A DNA stretch of 45,148 nt, taken from positions 1 through 45,148 of the forward strand of contig JANRLD010000008.1 of the NCBI GenBank assembly GCA_033762915.1, written 5' to 3'. The notes beneath the pieces were generated by a model that saw only the letters and a program-made list of their open reading frames with translations, was not told where the DNA came from and made no database searches. The position numbers were made by a program, and so were the translations under genes. This DNA comes from Meiothermus sp. Its GTDB lineage: Bacteria; Deinococcota; Deinococci; Deinococcales; Thermaceae. This document shows, piece after piece, positions 18,618 through 29,538 of this stretch; the stretch's first letter is position 1; every line of letters starts with the position of its first letter.

Positions 18618-18920
18618 ATGATCGAGTCCAACGAGAAACCTTTAGAAGTCGTCCTGGAGCTCTTGGGGCAGCGGGGGGTCTACACAATTCTTCAATCGCT
18701 CACCTCCGGCCCGCTGCGCTTCGGCGCGTTGCAGCACGTCACGGCCCTGCCGCCCCGCACGCTTTCGCTACGGCTGAAGGAGCTCGAGGAGGCCGAGCTG
18801 ATCAGCCGCACCGAGTACAACGAGGTGCCGCCCCGCGTCGAGTACGCCCTGACCGACACCGGAAAAGGGCTGCGGCCCGCCCTCGAGGCCCTGGCAGCCT
18901 GGGAAACCAAGCTGCACTAA
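18618..18920 (+). CDS. HxlR/DUF24-family regulator, Cys-less paralogue
   Basis: GPLRFGAL...LSLRLKELE...EVPPRVEYALT; no Cys; in-frame stop two codons upstream. Confidence 0.88.
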   Translation: MIESNEKPLEVVLELLGQRGVYTILQSLTSGPLRFGALQHVTALPPRTLSLRLKELEEAELISRTEYNEVPPRVEYALTDTGKGLRPALEALAAWETKLH

Positions 18921-18936
18921 GTCTGGGCAAAAGCGC

Positions 18937-18967
18937 GCCAGCCGGGCAAATGCCCGGCTGGCTTTTT
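18937..18967 (+). terminator. Intrinsic terminator, probably bidirectional
   Basis: GCCAGCCGGGCA-AA-TGCCCGGCTGGC followed by TTTTT. Confidence 0.75.
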
Positions 18968-18982
18968 CTATCGCGGCCGGCC

Positions 18983-19621
18983 TTACAGCCTGTAGGCGAA
19001 GCGCAGGAGCAGACCGAAGCTGCTGAGGTCGGTGCTTAGCTCGGGGTTGAAGGTCAGCCTGGGCATGAGGTCGTAGAGGCCGCCCAGGTAGAGGCTCCAG
19101 GCCAGCGGAGGCAGCAGGGAGTCGAGCGATACTCCGCCATAGACAGTCAGGTCGCCCACGGTGTAGTCGGCCTCGAGGTAGCCGTCCAGGCCGTATCCGA
19201 AGGGCACGTCGTTGGGGACTACCGAGACGCTGGCCAGGGCGCGGAGGCCGGCCAGCAGGCTCAGGCCACTTCCCACGTCGTAGGTCAGGTCCAGGCCGAC
19301 CTGGGGAGACACCGAGAGGCCGAACCCGGAGCTGGGGGTCAGGTTCACGGTGATCGGGAGTCGCACTCGAGCGTAGCCATTGACGGTCAGCGCACCGCCG
19401 CTCACCAGGTCGGTGCTGTACTGAACGAAGGGCCGCACCAGCAGACCGGTACGAAAGCTGGGCAGGATGCCCGCGTCCAGGCGGCCCAGTACGCCCGCCG
19501 TAAGGCCCGGCGCGAGGGTGGTGGAGTAGTTAGCCTCAAAGCGGCCCGTGAGGCTGAACTGTGCGAAGGCGGGGGTCGCTAGACCCAGAACGGCTAAACC
19601 TGCAAACAAGAGTTTTTTCAT
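18983..19621 (-). CDS. Exported, probable outer-membrane beta-barrel protein
   Basis: Signal peptide MKKLLFAGLAVLGLATPAFAQ; alternating amphipathic strands; C-terminal RFAYRL. Confidence 0.7.
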   Translation of the reverse strand: MKKLLFAGLAVLGLATPAFAQFSLTGRFEANYSTTLAPGLTAGVLGRLDAGILPSFRTGLLVRPFVQYSTDLVSGGALTVNGYARVRLPITVNLTPSSGFGLSVSPQVGLDLTYDVGSGLSLLAGLRALASVSVVPNDVPFGYGLDGYLEADYTVGDLTVYGGVSLDSLLPPLAWSLYLGGLYDLMPRLTFNPELSTDLSSFGLLLRFAYRL

Positions 19622-19765
19622 AAGTGGGTATCCCCCTGCGGCGAAGGCTGATCCCTCGCCGACGCCGGGGACGATAACATTAGAGTTCGATTTGTGCAAG
19701 ACTTCGCAAGAAGTATCAGGTGAGTACGAAAGGCAATAACCCATGTGCAACACAGCAATACAAGC

Positions 19766-19775
19766 GAAACGTTTC
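19766..19775. promoter_or_regulatory. Possible LacI/CcpA-type operator upstream of the barrel gene
   Basis: Perfect palindrome GAAACGTTTC. Confidence 0.35.
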
Positions 19776-19825
19776 CCGTATCGAAGCGTGACAAATGATT
19801 AAGGTTTTCTCACCTGGGACACTCA

Positions 19826-19916
19826 GAGCGGTTCCCACGAACACTCGGCACGGCAAACACCGCCGTGCCGAGTACATTGTGGTGCTCGCGGAACGCCGCA
19901 GTGGTGGGAAACCCGA
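19826..19916. mobile_element. MITE-like element, copy 1 (91 bp)
   Basis: Left end GAGCGGTTCCCAC, degenerate right end, TCA on both flanks, internal 32-bp hairpin identical to copy 2. Confidence 0.6.
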
Positions 19917-20630
19917 TCAGAAGCTCAGGCCCAGCTTCACGCGGGCACGAATCCCGCCGGAGTTGGAGGTCTCGAGCAGTCCCTCGAGGTTGGTGTCGCC
20001 GGTGATGCGGTAGAGGCTGGTGAGGGAGAGGTTGAAGCCCTGAAAATTGGTGTCGTAGCGGGCGCTGAGGTTGAGCTGGCGGGTTGCGTCGTAGCTGGCC
20101 TTGGCGAAGTAGTTGGTGCGGGCGTTGGGCTGGAAGGTGAACTCCGCCCCCGCGCCCAGGCTGTAGTTGCCGCTGCCGTACTCCAGGCGCAGATCGGAGT
20201 ACAGGTAAGGGGAGGTGCTTACCGCGGAAATGCCCACGTTGGCCACCCCGAAGGTGTAGCGAGCCTCGCTGAGGGAACGCAAGTACAGGCCGGTGAGCAG
20301 GTTGTAGCCCAGGTTCAGGCCGAACCTGGAGGTCAGGCTGAGGCTCGAGGTTTGGGCCAGGGTCAGCGGAGCATTCTGTCCGACGAACAGATCGCCGCTG
20401 AAGTCGTCCACGCCAAACCTGGCAAAGGTCCACCTCCAGTTGGGCTCGAGGGTCAGGCTGGCGGCCGCACCGCTGGAGAGGGGCGCGATGAGGGTAGCGC
20501 TGAGCCCGGCAGTGAGGTCGGTCATGACGGTGCGGGTGTAGTCAGCCGAAACCGCCGCGCTCCAGCTGTTGGTTTGGGCCAGGGCGGGGGCGAGGGCGGA
20601 GATAGCCAGGAGCAAGAACAGTTTCTTCAT
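19917..20630 (-). CDS. Exported, probable outer-membrane beta-barrel protein
   Basis: Signal peptide MKKLFLLLAISALAPALAQ; amphipathic strands; terminal Phe (KLGLSF). Confidence 0.75.
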   Translation of the reverse strand: MKKLFLLLAISALAPALAQTNSWSAAVSADYTRTVMTDLTAGLSATLIAPLSSGAAASLTLEPNWRWTFARFGVDDFSGDLFVGQNAPLTLAQTSSLSLTSRFGLNLGYNLLTGLYLRSLSEARYTFGVANVGISAVSTSPYLYSDLRLEYGSGNYSLGAGAEFTFQPNARTNYFAKASYDATRQLNLSARYDTNFQGFNLSLTSLYRITGDTNLEGLLETSNSGGIRARVKLGLSF

Positions 20631-20727
20631 GATGAACAAACCTCGTTAGGCACGGTATCACCCCGGCTTTGGGGCCGGCAAGGGCGGTAACGGGCGCGAG
20701 GGTTATATAACGCTCGAGGTCATAGCA

Positions 20728-20767
20728 AAAGCGAACGACCGGGGCCGTGGCCCCGGTCGTTCGCTTT
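20728..20767 (-). terminator. groESL terminator
   Basis: Long perfect stem AAAGCGAACGACCGGGGCC-GT-GGCCCCGGTCGTTCGCTTT. Confidence 0.75.
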
Positions 20768-20771
20768 CTTA

Positions 20772-20834
20772 CCGTGCTTCCCATGAATACTCGGCACGGC
20801 AAACACCGCCGTGCCGAGTATTTGTGGGACTGCT
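20772..20834. mobile_element. MITE-like element, copy 2 (63 bp, shortened)
   Basis: 32-bp core identical to copy 1 (20789-20820); TTA on both flanks, the right one being the groEL stop codon. Confidence 0.55.
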
Positions 20835-22487
<1,653 letters not shown>

Positions 22488-22495
22488 TCAGTCGC

Positions 22496-22570
22496 GTCCG
22501 TACGTCAATACGTCGTACGTCTTACACCTTCTGGGTTTCGCGTACGACGTCAAACGTACGTCGTACGACC
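22496..22570. repeat. Degenerate 7-mer (TACGTCG/TACGACG) inverted repeat between groES and groEL
   Basis: Arms ACGTCGTACG and CGTACGACGT with roughly 7-nt periodicity. Confidence 0.65.
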
Positions 22571-22575
22571 AACGC

Positions 22576-22869
22576 TTACATCACCGCCAGCAGATCCCGC
22601 TCAGAGAGGATGATCAGCTCTTCGCCGTCGATCTCGACCTCGGTGCCGCCGTACTTGGCGAACAGCACCGTGTCGCCCTCTTTCACGTCGAGGGGGATGC
22701 GCTTGCCGTCCTCGAAGCGGCCCTGGCCCACGGCCAGCACCTTGCCCTTCTGGGGCTTCTCCTTAGCGCTGTCGGGCAGCACGATGCCGCCACGGGTGAT
22801 CTGCTCTTCCTCCACGCGCTTAACCACCACGCGGTCGCCCAGGGGTTTGATTGCGGTCTTGGTCGCCAT
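22576..22869 (-). CDS. groES: Co-chaperonin GroES
   Basis: [38 protein letters not shown]. Confidence 0.99.
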   Translation of the reverse strand: MATKTAIKPLGDRVVVKRVEEEQITRGGIVLPDSAKEKPQKGKVLAVGQGRFEDGKRIPLDVKEGDTVLFAKYGGTEVEIDGEELIILSERDLLAVM

Positions 22870-22902
22870 GTGTCCTCCTTTTGGATTTCCTACGAGCGTG
22901 AT

Positions 22903-22929
22903 TTGACACTCAAAGGGTTTGACTGTCAA
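22903..22929. promoter_or_regulatory. CIRCE-like HrcA operator
   Basis: TTGACACTC-N9-GACTGTCAA versus the consensus TTAGCACTC-N9-GAGTGCTAA, 33 nt upstream of groES. Confidence 0.8.
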
Positions 22930-23095
22930 CCCGAAACAATATTATTCGTCCTTGCCCATGAGAATGTCAAGAGGGCTGGGTTACAGGACTATGAAGAGTT
23001 GAGTGGGGTTATATCAAGGACAAGCCCCCAGGTGTACCGCCGGGGTCATAAACCCCGTAACCTCCTAAAGTGTCAGAAACACATTTATAATGTCA

Positions 23096-23187
23096 CAGCG
23101 GTTCCCACCATTCCGCCTCACTGCGTGAGGTGTAATGAACCCCGCACATCCGAGTCTATGCGTGCGTGGTATTCGTGGGAACCGCTG
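23096..23187. mobile_element. MITE-like element, copy 3 (92 bp)
   Basis: Perfect 13-bp TIR CAGCGGTTCCCAC/GTGGGAACCGCTG with TCA direct repeats on both flanks. Confidence 0.7.
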
Positions 23188-23221
23188 TCAGTGCAAAACC
23201 AAAACGTATGGAGGTGTTTTT

Positions 23222-24064
23222 ATGAAAGCGTTGAAGAGGGTAACCCTGCTGGCCGCGGCCTTGTTCCTGGCCGCTTGCGGCACCTCGCCTCAGGCCCCAA
23301 CCGGCGCGGATCCTGGCGTCAGCGCTCAGGTCACCGACGGCTCCCTGGACGGCAACGCCCACCCCTACGTGGGAATTATGGTGGCCAAGTCGGCCAGCGG
23401 AGGAGTTCTGTGGCGGTGCAGCGGCACCCTGATGTCACCCACCGTCTTTCTGACCGCAGGCCACTGCACCGAGTCTCCTGCCGTCAGGGCAGAGATCTGG
23501 TTCGACGCGGACATTGACGCAGGCAGACCCGCCAACGGCTACCCCAACACCGGGCAGACTCGAGGCACCACCTACACCCACCCCAGCTACAACCCCAATG
23601 CCTTCGTGCTCTACGACCTGGGCGTGGTGGTGCTCGACGCGCCCTACCCCATGAGCCGGTACGGGGCGCTGCCGCAGCTGAACGTGCTGGACAACCTGGC
23701 CCGCAGACGCGGTCAGCAGAACCTTACCTTCACCGCGGTCGGCTACGGCCTGCAGCAGAGCTTCCCCGATGCCGCCTCGTGGAAGGAGAACAACCAGCGC
23801 GTCCGGATGGTGGCCCACCCCCACCTAATCCAGATCAACACCGGCTTTACCGGGGATTTCTCGCTGCTGCTGTCCAACAACGCCAACACCGGCGGCACCT
23901 GCTTCGGCGACTCCGGCGGTCCCAATTTCATCGGCGACAGCAATGTGGTGGGCGGGGTCACCTCCTTCGGCATCAACGGCAACTGTGCGGGCACCGGGGG
24001 CGTTTACCGCGTAGACCGCGCCGACGACCTGACCTGGCTGGCCAGCTTCGGGCTGAACCCCTAA
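23222..24064 (+). CDS. Trypsin-like (S1) serine protease lipoprotein
   Basis: LAAC lipobox; [33 protein letters not shown]. Confidence 0.9.
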   Translation: MKALKRVTLLAAALFLAACGTSPQAPTGADPGVSAQVTDGSLDGNAHPYVGIMVAKSASGGVLWRCSGTLMSPTVFLTAGHCTESPAVRAEIWFDADIDAGRPANGYPNTGQTRGTTYTHPSYNPNAFVLYDLGVVVLDAPYPMSRYGALPQLNVLDNLARRRGQQNLTFTAVGYGLQQSFPDAASWKENNQRVRMVAHPHLIQINTGFTGDFSLLLSNNANTGGTCFGDSGGPNFIGDSNVVGGVTSFGINGNCAGTGGVYRVDRADDLTWLASFGLNP

Positions 24065-24079
24065 GCGCGACTTCTGACC

Positions 24080-24107
24080 ACCGGCTGGCTAAAGCCAGCC
24101 GGTTTTT
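24080..24107 (+). terminator. Intrinsic terminator
   Basis: ACCGGCTGGCT-AA-AGCCAGCCGGT followed by a T tract. Confidence 0.75.
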
Positions 24108-24162
24108 GTTCGGGTACTCGACCATTACCCATTTCTAACCCGCCTTGCCTAGACTTTAGCCC

Positions 24163-24828
24163 GTGCGCCTGCCCCGTATCCGAAAATGGTGGCTGATTTT
24201 CCCGGCTCTGTTGGTCTTAACGCCCGTGGGGGTTTGGCTGGTCAACGCCTGGGTAGATCGGGTGGCGCGGCCTTGGGTGTTTAACGACCTCGAGCAACTC
24301 CCCACCAACCGGGTGGGGCTGGTGCTGGGGACTGCCCCAACGCTCGAGGACGGTCGGCGCAACCTCTTCTTCGTGTACCGGATGCAGGCCGCCGCAGAGT
24401 TGTACACAGCGGGCAAGGTCGAGTATCTATTGGTCAGCGGCGACAACTCCACCAAGACCTACGACGAACCCACCGCCATGCGTGATGCTTTGGTCGCCCT
24501 GGGCGTGCCCAAAGACCGCATCTACCTCGACTACGCGGGCTTCCGTACCCTGGACTCGGTGGTGCGGGCCGAGGCGGTGTTCAAAGAGCAAAACTTCACC
24601 GTCATCTCGCAGCGCTTCCACAACGAGCGGGCGGTGTTCATCGCGCGGGAGCGTGGGCTGGGGGCGGTCGGGTACAACGCCAGGGATGTTTCGGCTGCTG
24701 TGGCCCCGCAGGTGCAGTTCCGCGAGTACTTTGCCAGGGTGCAGATGGTGCTCGACCTGTTCCTGCTGAACACCCGCCCCAAATTCTACGGCGAGCCGAT
24801 TCGGATCGGGATAGACCCCATTCAGTAG
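24163..24828 (+). CDS. sanA: SanA/YdcF (DUF218) family protein
   Basis: GLVLGT, LLVSGDN, YDEP, DYAGFRTLDS, ISQRFHNERA, REYFAR. Confidence 0.9.
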   Translation: MRLPRIRKWWLIFPALLVLTPVGVWLVNAWVDRVARPWVFNDLEQLPTNRVGLVLGTAPTLEDGRRNLFFVYRMQAAAELYTAGKVEYLLVSGDNSTKTYDEPTAMRDALVALGVPKDRIYLDYAGFRTLDSVVRAEAVFKEQNFTVISQRFHNERAVFIARERGLGAVGYNARDVSAAVAPQVQFREYFARVQMVLDLFLLNTRPKFYGEPIRIGIDPIQ

Positions 24829-24829
24829 G

Positions 24830-26275
24830 CTAGGGGCGCTGAAGCTCGACCCGCAGGCCGGGGCTGTTGGAGCCGCTGAGGGTGCCGGTGTAGCGGGGGG
24901 GCGCAGTACTTTGGCCACTCGAGACGAACTGCGAAGCGCTGAGCTGAGACTTTTGGCCCGAGGGGCCGGTTAGCTCGAGGCTGATGTTCAAACTGGGCAG
25001 CGGCAGCGGCGAACTCTGGGTTTCTACTCCAAAAAACTGCACACCTCCCCCGCTCCCCCGCCCCGACACAGTGTAGTTTTGTCCGGCTAGGGTTGCCGCG
25101 CCGGTAATGGAGTATTCGCTGGCGCTGACATACTGGGCCTGCACCTCGAGGCGCAGCGGCTGGGCGGCGGCCTCGCGCCGGTAATCCCAGGCCGCGCTGC
25201 CCACTCGAGCCAACCCGGCCGCCTTTATCACCGGGGGGCCGACGGTGGGAGCGTCGGTGGCGAGCTCGAGCTCGATGTACGACAGCAGGTAGGTTTCGCC
25301 CGCCACCACAGCGACCTCCTCGATAGGCGAGATGCCCTTTCTGAAGAAGGCCGAGAACAGCGGGGTCACGTCACGCGCTTGACCCACCGCCTGCAACGTC
25401 CAAGGAACACTCAGATAGCGCAGACCGCCACCGTAACTTTGTACGAACAAGTCACCCGACCTGCCGTCGGCGGCCACGCTGATGTTTCTGACCCCGGACA
25501 CCTCGGCGGGCAACTGGAGGGCGGCCTCGAGGGTGTTGCTGCCCAAATTCCAGACCAGCAGTTGCCGGTTTTGACCAGAATCCACAAATACCCCCGCCAA
25601 GCGCTCGTCGCTAAGGCTGAACTTTAGCGGCCGAACCTGTGGCTGTGGGGCTGAGGGATTCGGCGTAGTCGGGGGGAGGGGCAAGGCGGCGCTGCCGCCC
25701 GTGGCCAGGTTCCACAGGATGTAGGTAGGCTGACCCGTCTGGTATTGGGTGGTTAGCAGATACCGTCCCCCAGGGGACAGTTGGACATCGAAGCTTATCG
25801 TGTTGAGGCTGCGAATCAGCGCCCCGTCGGCAAGGTCTCGCACCGCCAGGCTGCCGCTCGAGCGGGTCAGGTATCTTGAGCCGTCCTGGCTGACTTGCAG
25901 CAGTTCCTCGTTGTTGAGGTTGATGGCTCGGCTGACCTGGAGGGTTGCCGCGTCCCGAACCCGCAGCACTCCGCCCCCCTGCTCAAACACCCTCGAGCCA
26001 TCCGCCGAGATACCCATCAGGCGACCAGAAAAGCCACCCAGGCGGCTGATCTGCTGTCCGGTTGAGCTGTCCACGACCAGTAGCTCTGCACCTCGACCGA
26101 TCGCCACGCGGTTGCCGCCTACCCTTATGTCCAACGGCTGGATGTTCTCGAAAACACCCCCGGCCCAAACACCGCTGAACACCCGTCCGTCCTCGGGGAA
26201 TTTAATCGGGAGTGGGCTGGGACTACAGCCCACCAGTGCCCATACACCAGCCAGAAACCAGAGTAAACGCCGCAT
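24830..26275 (-). CDS. Beta-propeller (WD40/YVTN-like) lipoprotein
   Basis: LVGC lipobox; repeated SADG/SQDG/SPGG blade turns and WNL motifs. Confidence 0.75.
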   Translation of the reverse strand: MRRLLWFLAGVWALVGCSPSPLPIKFPEDGRVFSGVWAGGVFENIQPLDIRVGGNRVAIGRGAELLVVDSSTGQQISRLGGFSGRLMGISADGSRVFEQGGGVLRVRDAATLQVSRAINLNNEELLQVSQDGSRYLTRSSGSLAVRDLADGALIRSLNTISFDVQLSPGGRYLLTTQYQTGQPTYILWNLATGGSAALPLPPTTPNPSAPQPQVRPLKFSLSDERLAGVFVDSGQNRQLLVWNLGSNTLEAALQLPAEVSGVRNISVAADGRSGDLFVQSYGGGLRYLSVPWTLQAVGQARDVTPLFSAFFRKGISPIEEVAVVAGETYLLSYIELELATDAPTVGPPVIKAAGLARVGSAAWDYRREAAAQPLRLEVQAQYVSASEYSITGAATLAGQNYTVSGRGSGGGVQFFGVETQSSPLPLPSLNISLELTGPSGQKSQLSASQFVSSGQSTAPPRYTGTLSGSNSPGLRVELQRP

Positions 26276-26343
26276 ACCCAGAGTTTAGGACAGCCTCGAG
26301 GGGGGGTGCGGCCGCGGGCATCAAAGGGATCGTTATTCAGGCG

Positions 26344-27132
26344 TTAACCCCGCCGCTGCCGCGCCGCCTCGAACAGCACCAGCGCCGCCGTCACCGAGAC
26401 GTTGAGGCTGTCGGCCACGCCCCGCATGGGGATGCTGACCTTGTGATGGGCGGCCTCGAGCCACTCCCCGCTCAAGCCCTCGTGCTCGGTGCCCAGCAGC
26501 ACCGCCACCACCCTGCGCAGGTCGGCGTCCCAGTAGGTGTGGGGGGTGTGGGGGGTGGTGGCGAGCAGGGGGATTTGGTGACGAAGGAGCCAGGCCCGGG
26601 CCTCGGCCTCGGCGGGGGCGAAGACCGGCAGCGAGAACACCACCCCGGTCGAGTTGCGGATGGTCTGCGGGCTCCACAAGTCCACCCCGCCCACCGCCAG
26701 CACCGCGTCGGCCCCGGCGGCATCGGCGGAGCGCAGGATGGCGCCCAGGTTACCGGGCTTCTCGAGGCCCACCAGCACCAGCACCAGCGCATTTGGGGGC
26801 GGGTCGAACTCGAGCAGGCTCCGCCCCGGCAGGCGGGCCACCCCGATCACGCCCGCTGGATTTTCGCGGCTGCTGAGCTTGCCCAGTGCAGCGGCGCTCA
26901 GGCGGGTAACGGGAGGCAGAAGGCGGGAGACGAGAGAGCCGTGCAGTTCGCCTTCCTCGGCGTTTAGATCGTTGGCGAAGAAGAGTTCTTGGAACTCGAG
27001 GCCCGCCCCCAAGGCCCGGGAAACCTCCCGAGCACCCTCGACCAAAAACAAGCCGGTGCGCTCGCGCTCCTTGCGCTCAGAAAGTTTTGCAAGCGCCTTG
27101 ATGCGGGGGTTGGACGGGCTGCTGATCTCCAC
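26344..27132 (-). CDS. TrmH/SpoU-family RNA methyltransferase
   Basis: ISSPSNPRIK, KPGNLGAILRSA, GTEHEGLS, IPMRGVADSLNVS. Confidence 0.93.
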   Translation of the reverse strand: MEISSPSNPRIKALAKLSERKERERTGLFLVEGAREVSRALGAGLEFQELFFANDLNAEEGELHGSLVSRLLPPVTRLSAAALGKLSSRENPAGVIGVARLPGRSLLEFDPPPNALVLVLVGLEKPGNLGAILRSADAAGADAVLAVGGVDLWSPQTIRNSTGVVFSLPVFAPAEAEARAWLLRHQIPLLATTPHTPHTYWDADLRRVVAVLLGTEHEGLSGEWLEAAHHKVSIPMRGVADSLNVSVTAALVLFEAARQRRG

Positions 27133-27346
27133 CCGGACAGCCTACCGCGCCCAGCCGCCGGCCGTCAGCAATGAGAGACGCCGAACGTAGCCGTAGCCGG
27201 CCTCGAGCACGGTGGGCACAGCCCTACTTGCCACCTTCTGGCTTTACGACCCCACCACAAAGGATTCCTCGTCGCCAAACACCACCCTCCTCGGAAGGAC
27301 AATAGCCAAAGTGTTGTGACGTACGACGTACTGATGTACGACCCCA

Positions 27347-27787
27347 TCAGCGCGGCAGAATGGGCCGCAGATAATCAACAACCCGGTTGTAGCCGTAGGT
27401 GTAGACCGCGCCGTTGGGGGCGGTGATCTCGAGGGTGTCCTCGCCCTCGTAGCTGAGGCGGCGCAACAGCACCAGGCCGCCGGGATCCACGCACTCCACC
27501 TCGGCGGCCAAGTAGCTCTCGGCGAAGGGGTCGCCGGCCTCGGGGCCGAAGTCGGTGCCGGAGGTGCTCTCCCCCGCCACGCCGTTGATGCCCTCGGCAG
27601 TCATGGACCTGTGGAAGGGGTCCTGGATGTAGCCGTCCTCGAGCCGCGCCATCCCGCCCGCGAGGTCGAAGGCATTGACCAGCAGGCGCTGCGGATTGCC
27701 GTCGCCCAGCATCAGGGCCATCACCTCGGCCTCATTCTCGTCGTCGCGTGAGGCCTTGAGCCCCTCGATGCCATAGCCGCTCTCCAT
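27347..27787 (-). CDS. Acidic hypothetical protein
   Basis: Coding-like GC3 bias; starts 23 nt after the upstream co-oriented kinase gene. Confidence 0.7.
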   Translation of the reverse strand: MESGYGIEGLKASRDDENEAEVMALMLGDGNPQRLLVNAFDLAGGMARLEDGYIQDPFHRSMTAEGINGVAGESTSGTDFGPEAGDPFAESYLAAEVECVDPGGLVLLRRLSYEGEDTLEITAPNGAVYTYGYNRVVDYLRPILPR

Positions 27788-27810
27788 CGCTCAAATGTGC
27801 CAGCCGGCGC

Positions 27811-28626
27811 TTAGTCCGCGCTGAGGGCCGCGCCATAGGCGGTCGCGAAGCCTGCGCCGGGCGGTATGACCGGCCGGGGGTCAACCTGGTAAAAGTACCA
27901 GACCCGCTCGAGGGCCGCTTGCACCGGGGCCAGGTCGGGCAGGTGCCCCACAATCACGATCTGCCGATGGCCAGCGGCCTTGGCGGCGTTGATGGCCACC
28001 ATCGCGATCACCTGGGAGACCAGGGTGACCAGGGCCGCCGCCAGGTCCTCGCGCCGGAGGGTCAGGGGCCGCACCGCCCGCCCGAAATTGACCGCCGTGG
28101 CGTCGGCCGGCAGGTGGCCGATCCCACCGCCGATCACGTCGATCAGGGTCGAGTCAACTGCACTCGTATCTCCGGCCTCGGCCAGCCGGGCGATCTCGAG
28201 GGGATCGGCGGTGCCCAGCAGCAACCGGCCCAGGCCCAGCAGGGTCCCGCCCCCCACCGCCGAGCCGGTGAAGTGGAAGGCCTCCCGCCCCCGGGCCGAG
28301 ACCATAGCGGTCCCGGTACCCGCCGAGACCACCAGCGCCTCGCCCAGGCCCGCCAGGGTCAGCGCCCCCCGGCCCAGCGCCACCGGCTCGGGCACCTTGC
28401 GGATCGCAAAGCCCTCGAAGGACTCCGGCAGATTGCGCGAGAGACCGCCGCTGCTGGCGATCCCACCCAGCTGGCCCGCGTCCACCTCGAGCGCCCGCAG
28501 CACCTGCCACAGCGACGCCACGCTGGCCCCCTCGGTGGGCACGATCTGCCGCGCCACAATCCTGTCCCCTTCGATCAGCACCGCGTCGGTGTTGGAGAGC
28601 CCGAAATCCACGCCCAGTTTCAGCAT
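27811..28626 (-). CDS. Type II (Fumble/CoaW-like) pantothenate kinase family protein
   Basis: ASKHA motifs GVDFGLSNT, VSAGTGT, GSAVGGGTLLGL, GD...VD and ATAVNFG. Confidence 0.8.
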   Translation of the reverse strand: MLKLGVDFGLSNTDAVLIEGDRIVARQIVPTEGASVASLWQVLRALEVDAGQLGGIASSGGLSRNLPESFEGFAIRKVPEPVALGRGALTLAGLGEALVVSAGTGTAMVSARGREAFHFTGSAVGGGTLLGLGRLLLGTADPLEIARLAEAGDTSAVDSTLIDVIGGGIGHLPADATAVNFGRAVRPLTLRREDLAAALVTLVSQVIAMVAINAAKAAGHRQIVIVGHLPDLAPVQAALERVWYFYQVDPRPVIPPGAGFATAYGAALSAD

Positions 28627-28692
28627 GACGAAAGCATAAGGGCGGGCGGCGGGCGGCGGGTAGCGGGAGCGAACAAAGCAACCGCCTTACCC

Positions 28693-29535
28693 TTAGCCCT
28701 GGCTCGCCAAAACCTCGCCCACCCCCCGCAGGCGGGTCTTCAGCAACAGGGCGGCCCGGCTGCTATCCAGCACCCCGTTGCGGGGGCGAGGGGTGGGAAA
28801 GTCTCGAACAGAGCCCAGGGGCAGCGCCTGGGGATCGAGGCCGTGGTGCTGGACGAGGCGCTGGCCGAACTCGGCCCGGCTGAGCGGCTCGGCCCCGCCG
28901 AGGTGGAGCAGCCCGGTGTGGGGTACCCGGAGCAGCTCGAGTATGGCCGCCGCCAGGTCTTGGGCGTACACGAACGAGCGGTACTCGTCGGTGAAGAGTG
29001 CGCCCTTGGCGCGGCCCTGGGCCAAGTCCAGCGCGGTTCGGCTGGTGGGGTCCAGGGGGTCCAGGCCCCAGATCAGCGAGGTGCGGATGGCGGTGGCGCC
29101 GGGGTCGGTGTGCAGGACGAGTCGTTCGGCCTCGAGCTTGGCCCGGCCGTACTCGGTGACGGGGTTGGGTGGGTCGGCCTCGGTGTAGGGGCCCAGCTTC
29201 TCGCCATCAAAGACCGCGTCGGTGGAGAGGTGAACCAGCCGGGCCCCCACCGCCCGGCTGGCCTCGAGCACGTTGGCGGTACCCTCCACGATCACCCGCC
29301 CCCAGCCCTCCCCCTCCTTGCGGTAGGCGGTGTGAACCACCACCTCGGGCCGGAAAACCTCGAGAGTCTGCCGAAGTCCGGGCCGGTCGAGGATATCCAG
29401 CCGGTGCCAGCGCACGCCGGGGGCGGCGGGCGGCTGGCTGTGGCAGGTCGCAGCCAGGGTCAGGCCCTGCTCGAGGCCCTGCCGCAGCAAGACTCTACCC
29501 AGATACCCGGTGCCGCCGGTGATAAGTACACGCAT
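28693..29535 (-). CDS. Extended SDR, RmlD (dTDP-4-dehydrorhamnose reductase)-like
   Basis: ITGGTGYLG, HLSTDAVFDG, YGRAK, PRPRN. Confidence 0.88.
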   Translation of the reverse strand: MRVLITGGTGYLGRVLLRQGLEQGLTLAATCHSQPPAAPGVRWHRLDILDRPGLRQTLEVFRPEVVVHTAYRKEGEGWGRVIVEGTANVLEASRAVGARLVHLSTDAVFDGEKLGPYTEADPPNPVTEYGRAKLEAERLVLHTDPGATAIRTSLIWGLDPLDPTSRTALDLAQGRAKGALFTDEYRSFVYAQDLAAAILELLRVPHTGLLHLGGAEPLSRAEFGQRLVQHHGLDPQALPLGSVRDFPTPRPRNGVLDSSRAALLLKTRLRGVGEVLASQG

Positions 29536-29538
29536 GGT

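Noticed and set aside
19843..20820. Two identical 32-bp palindromic repeats as a possible CRISPR array
   Set aside because: Only two copies about 950 bp apart with a gene between them and no cas genes; better explained as MITE copies.
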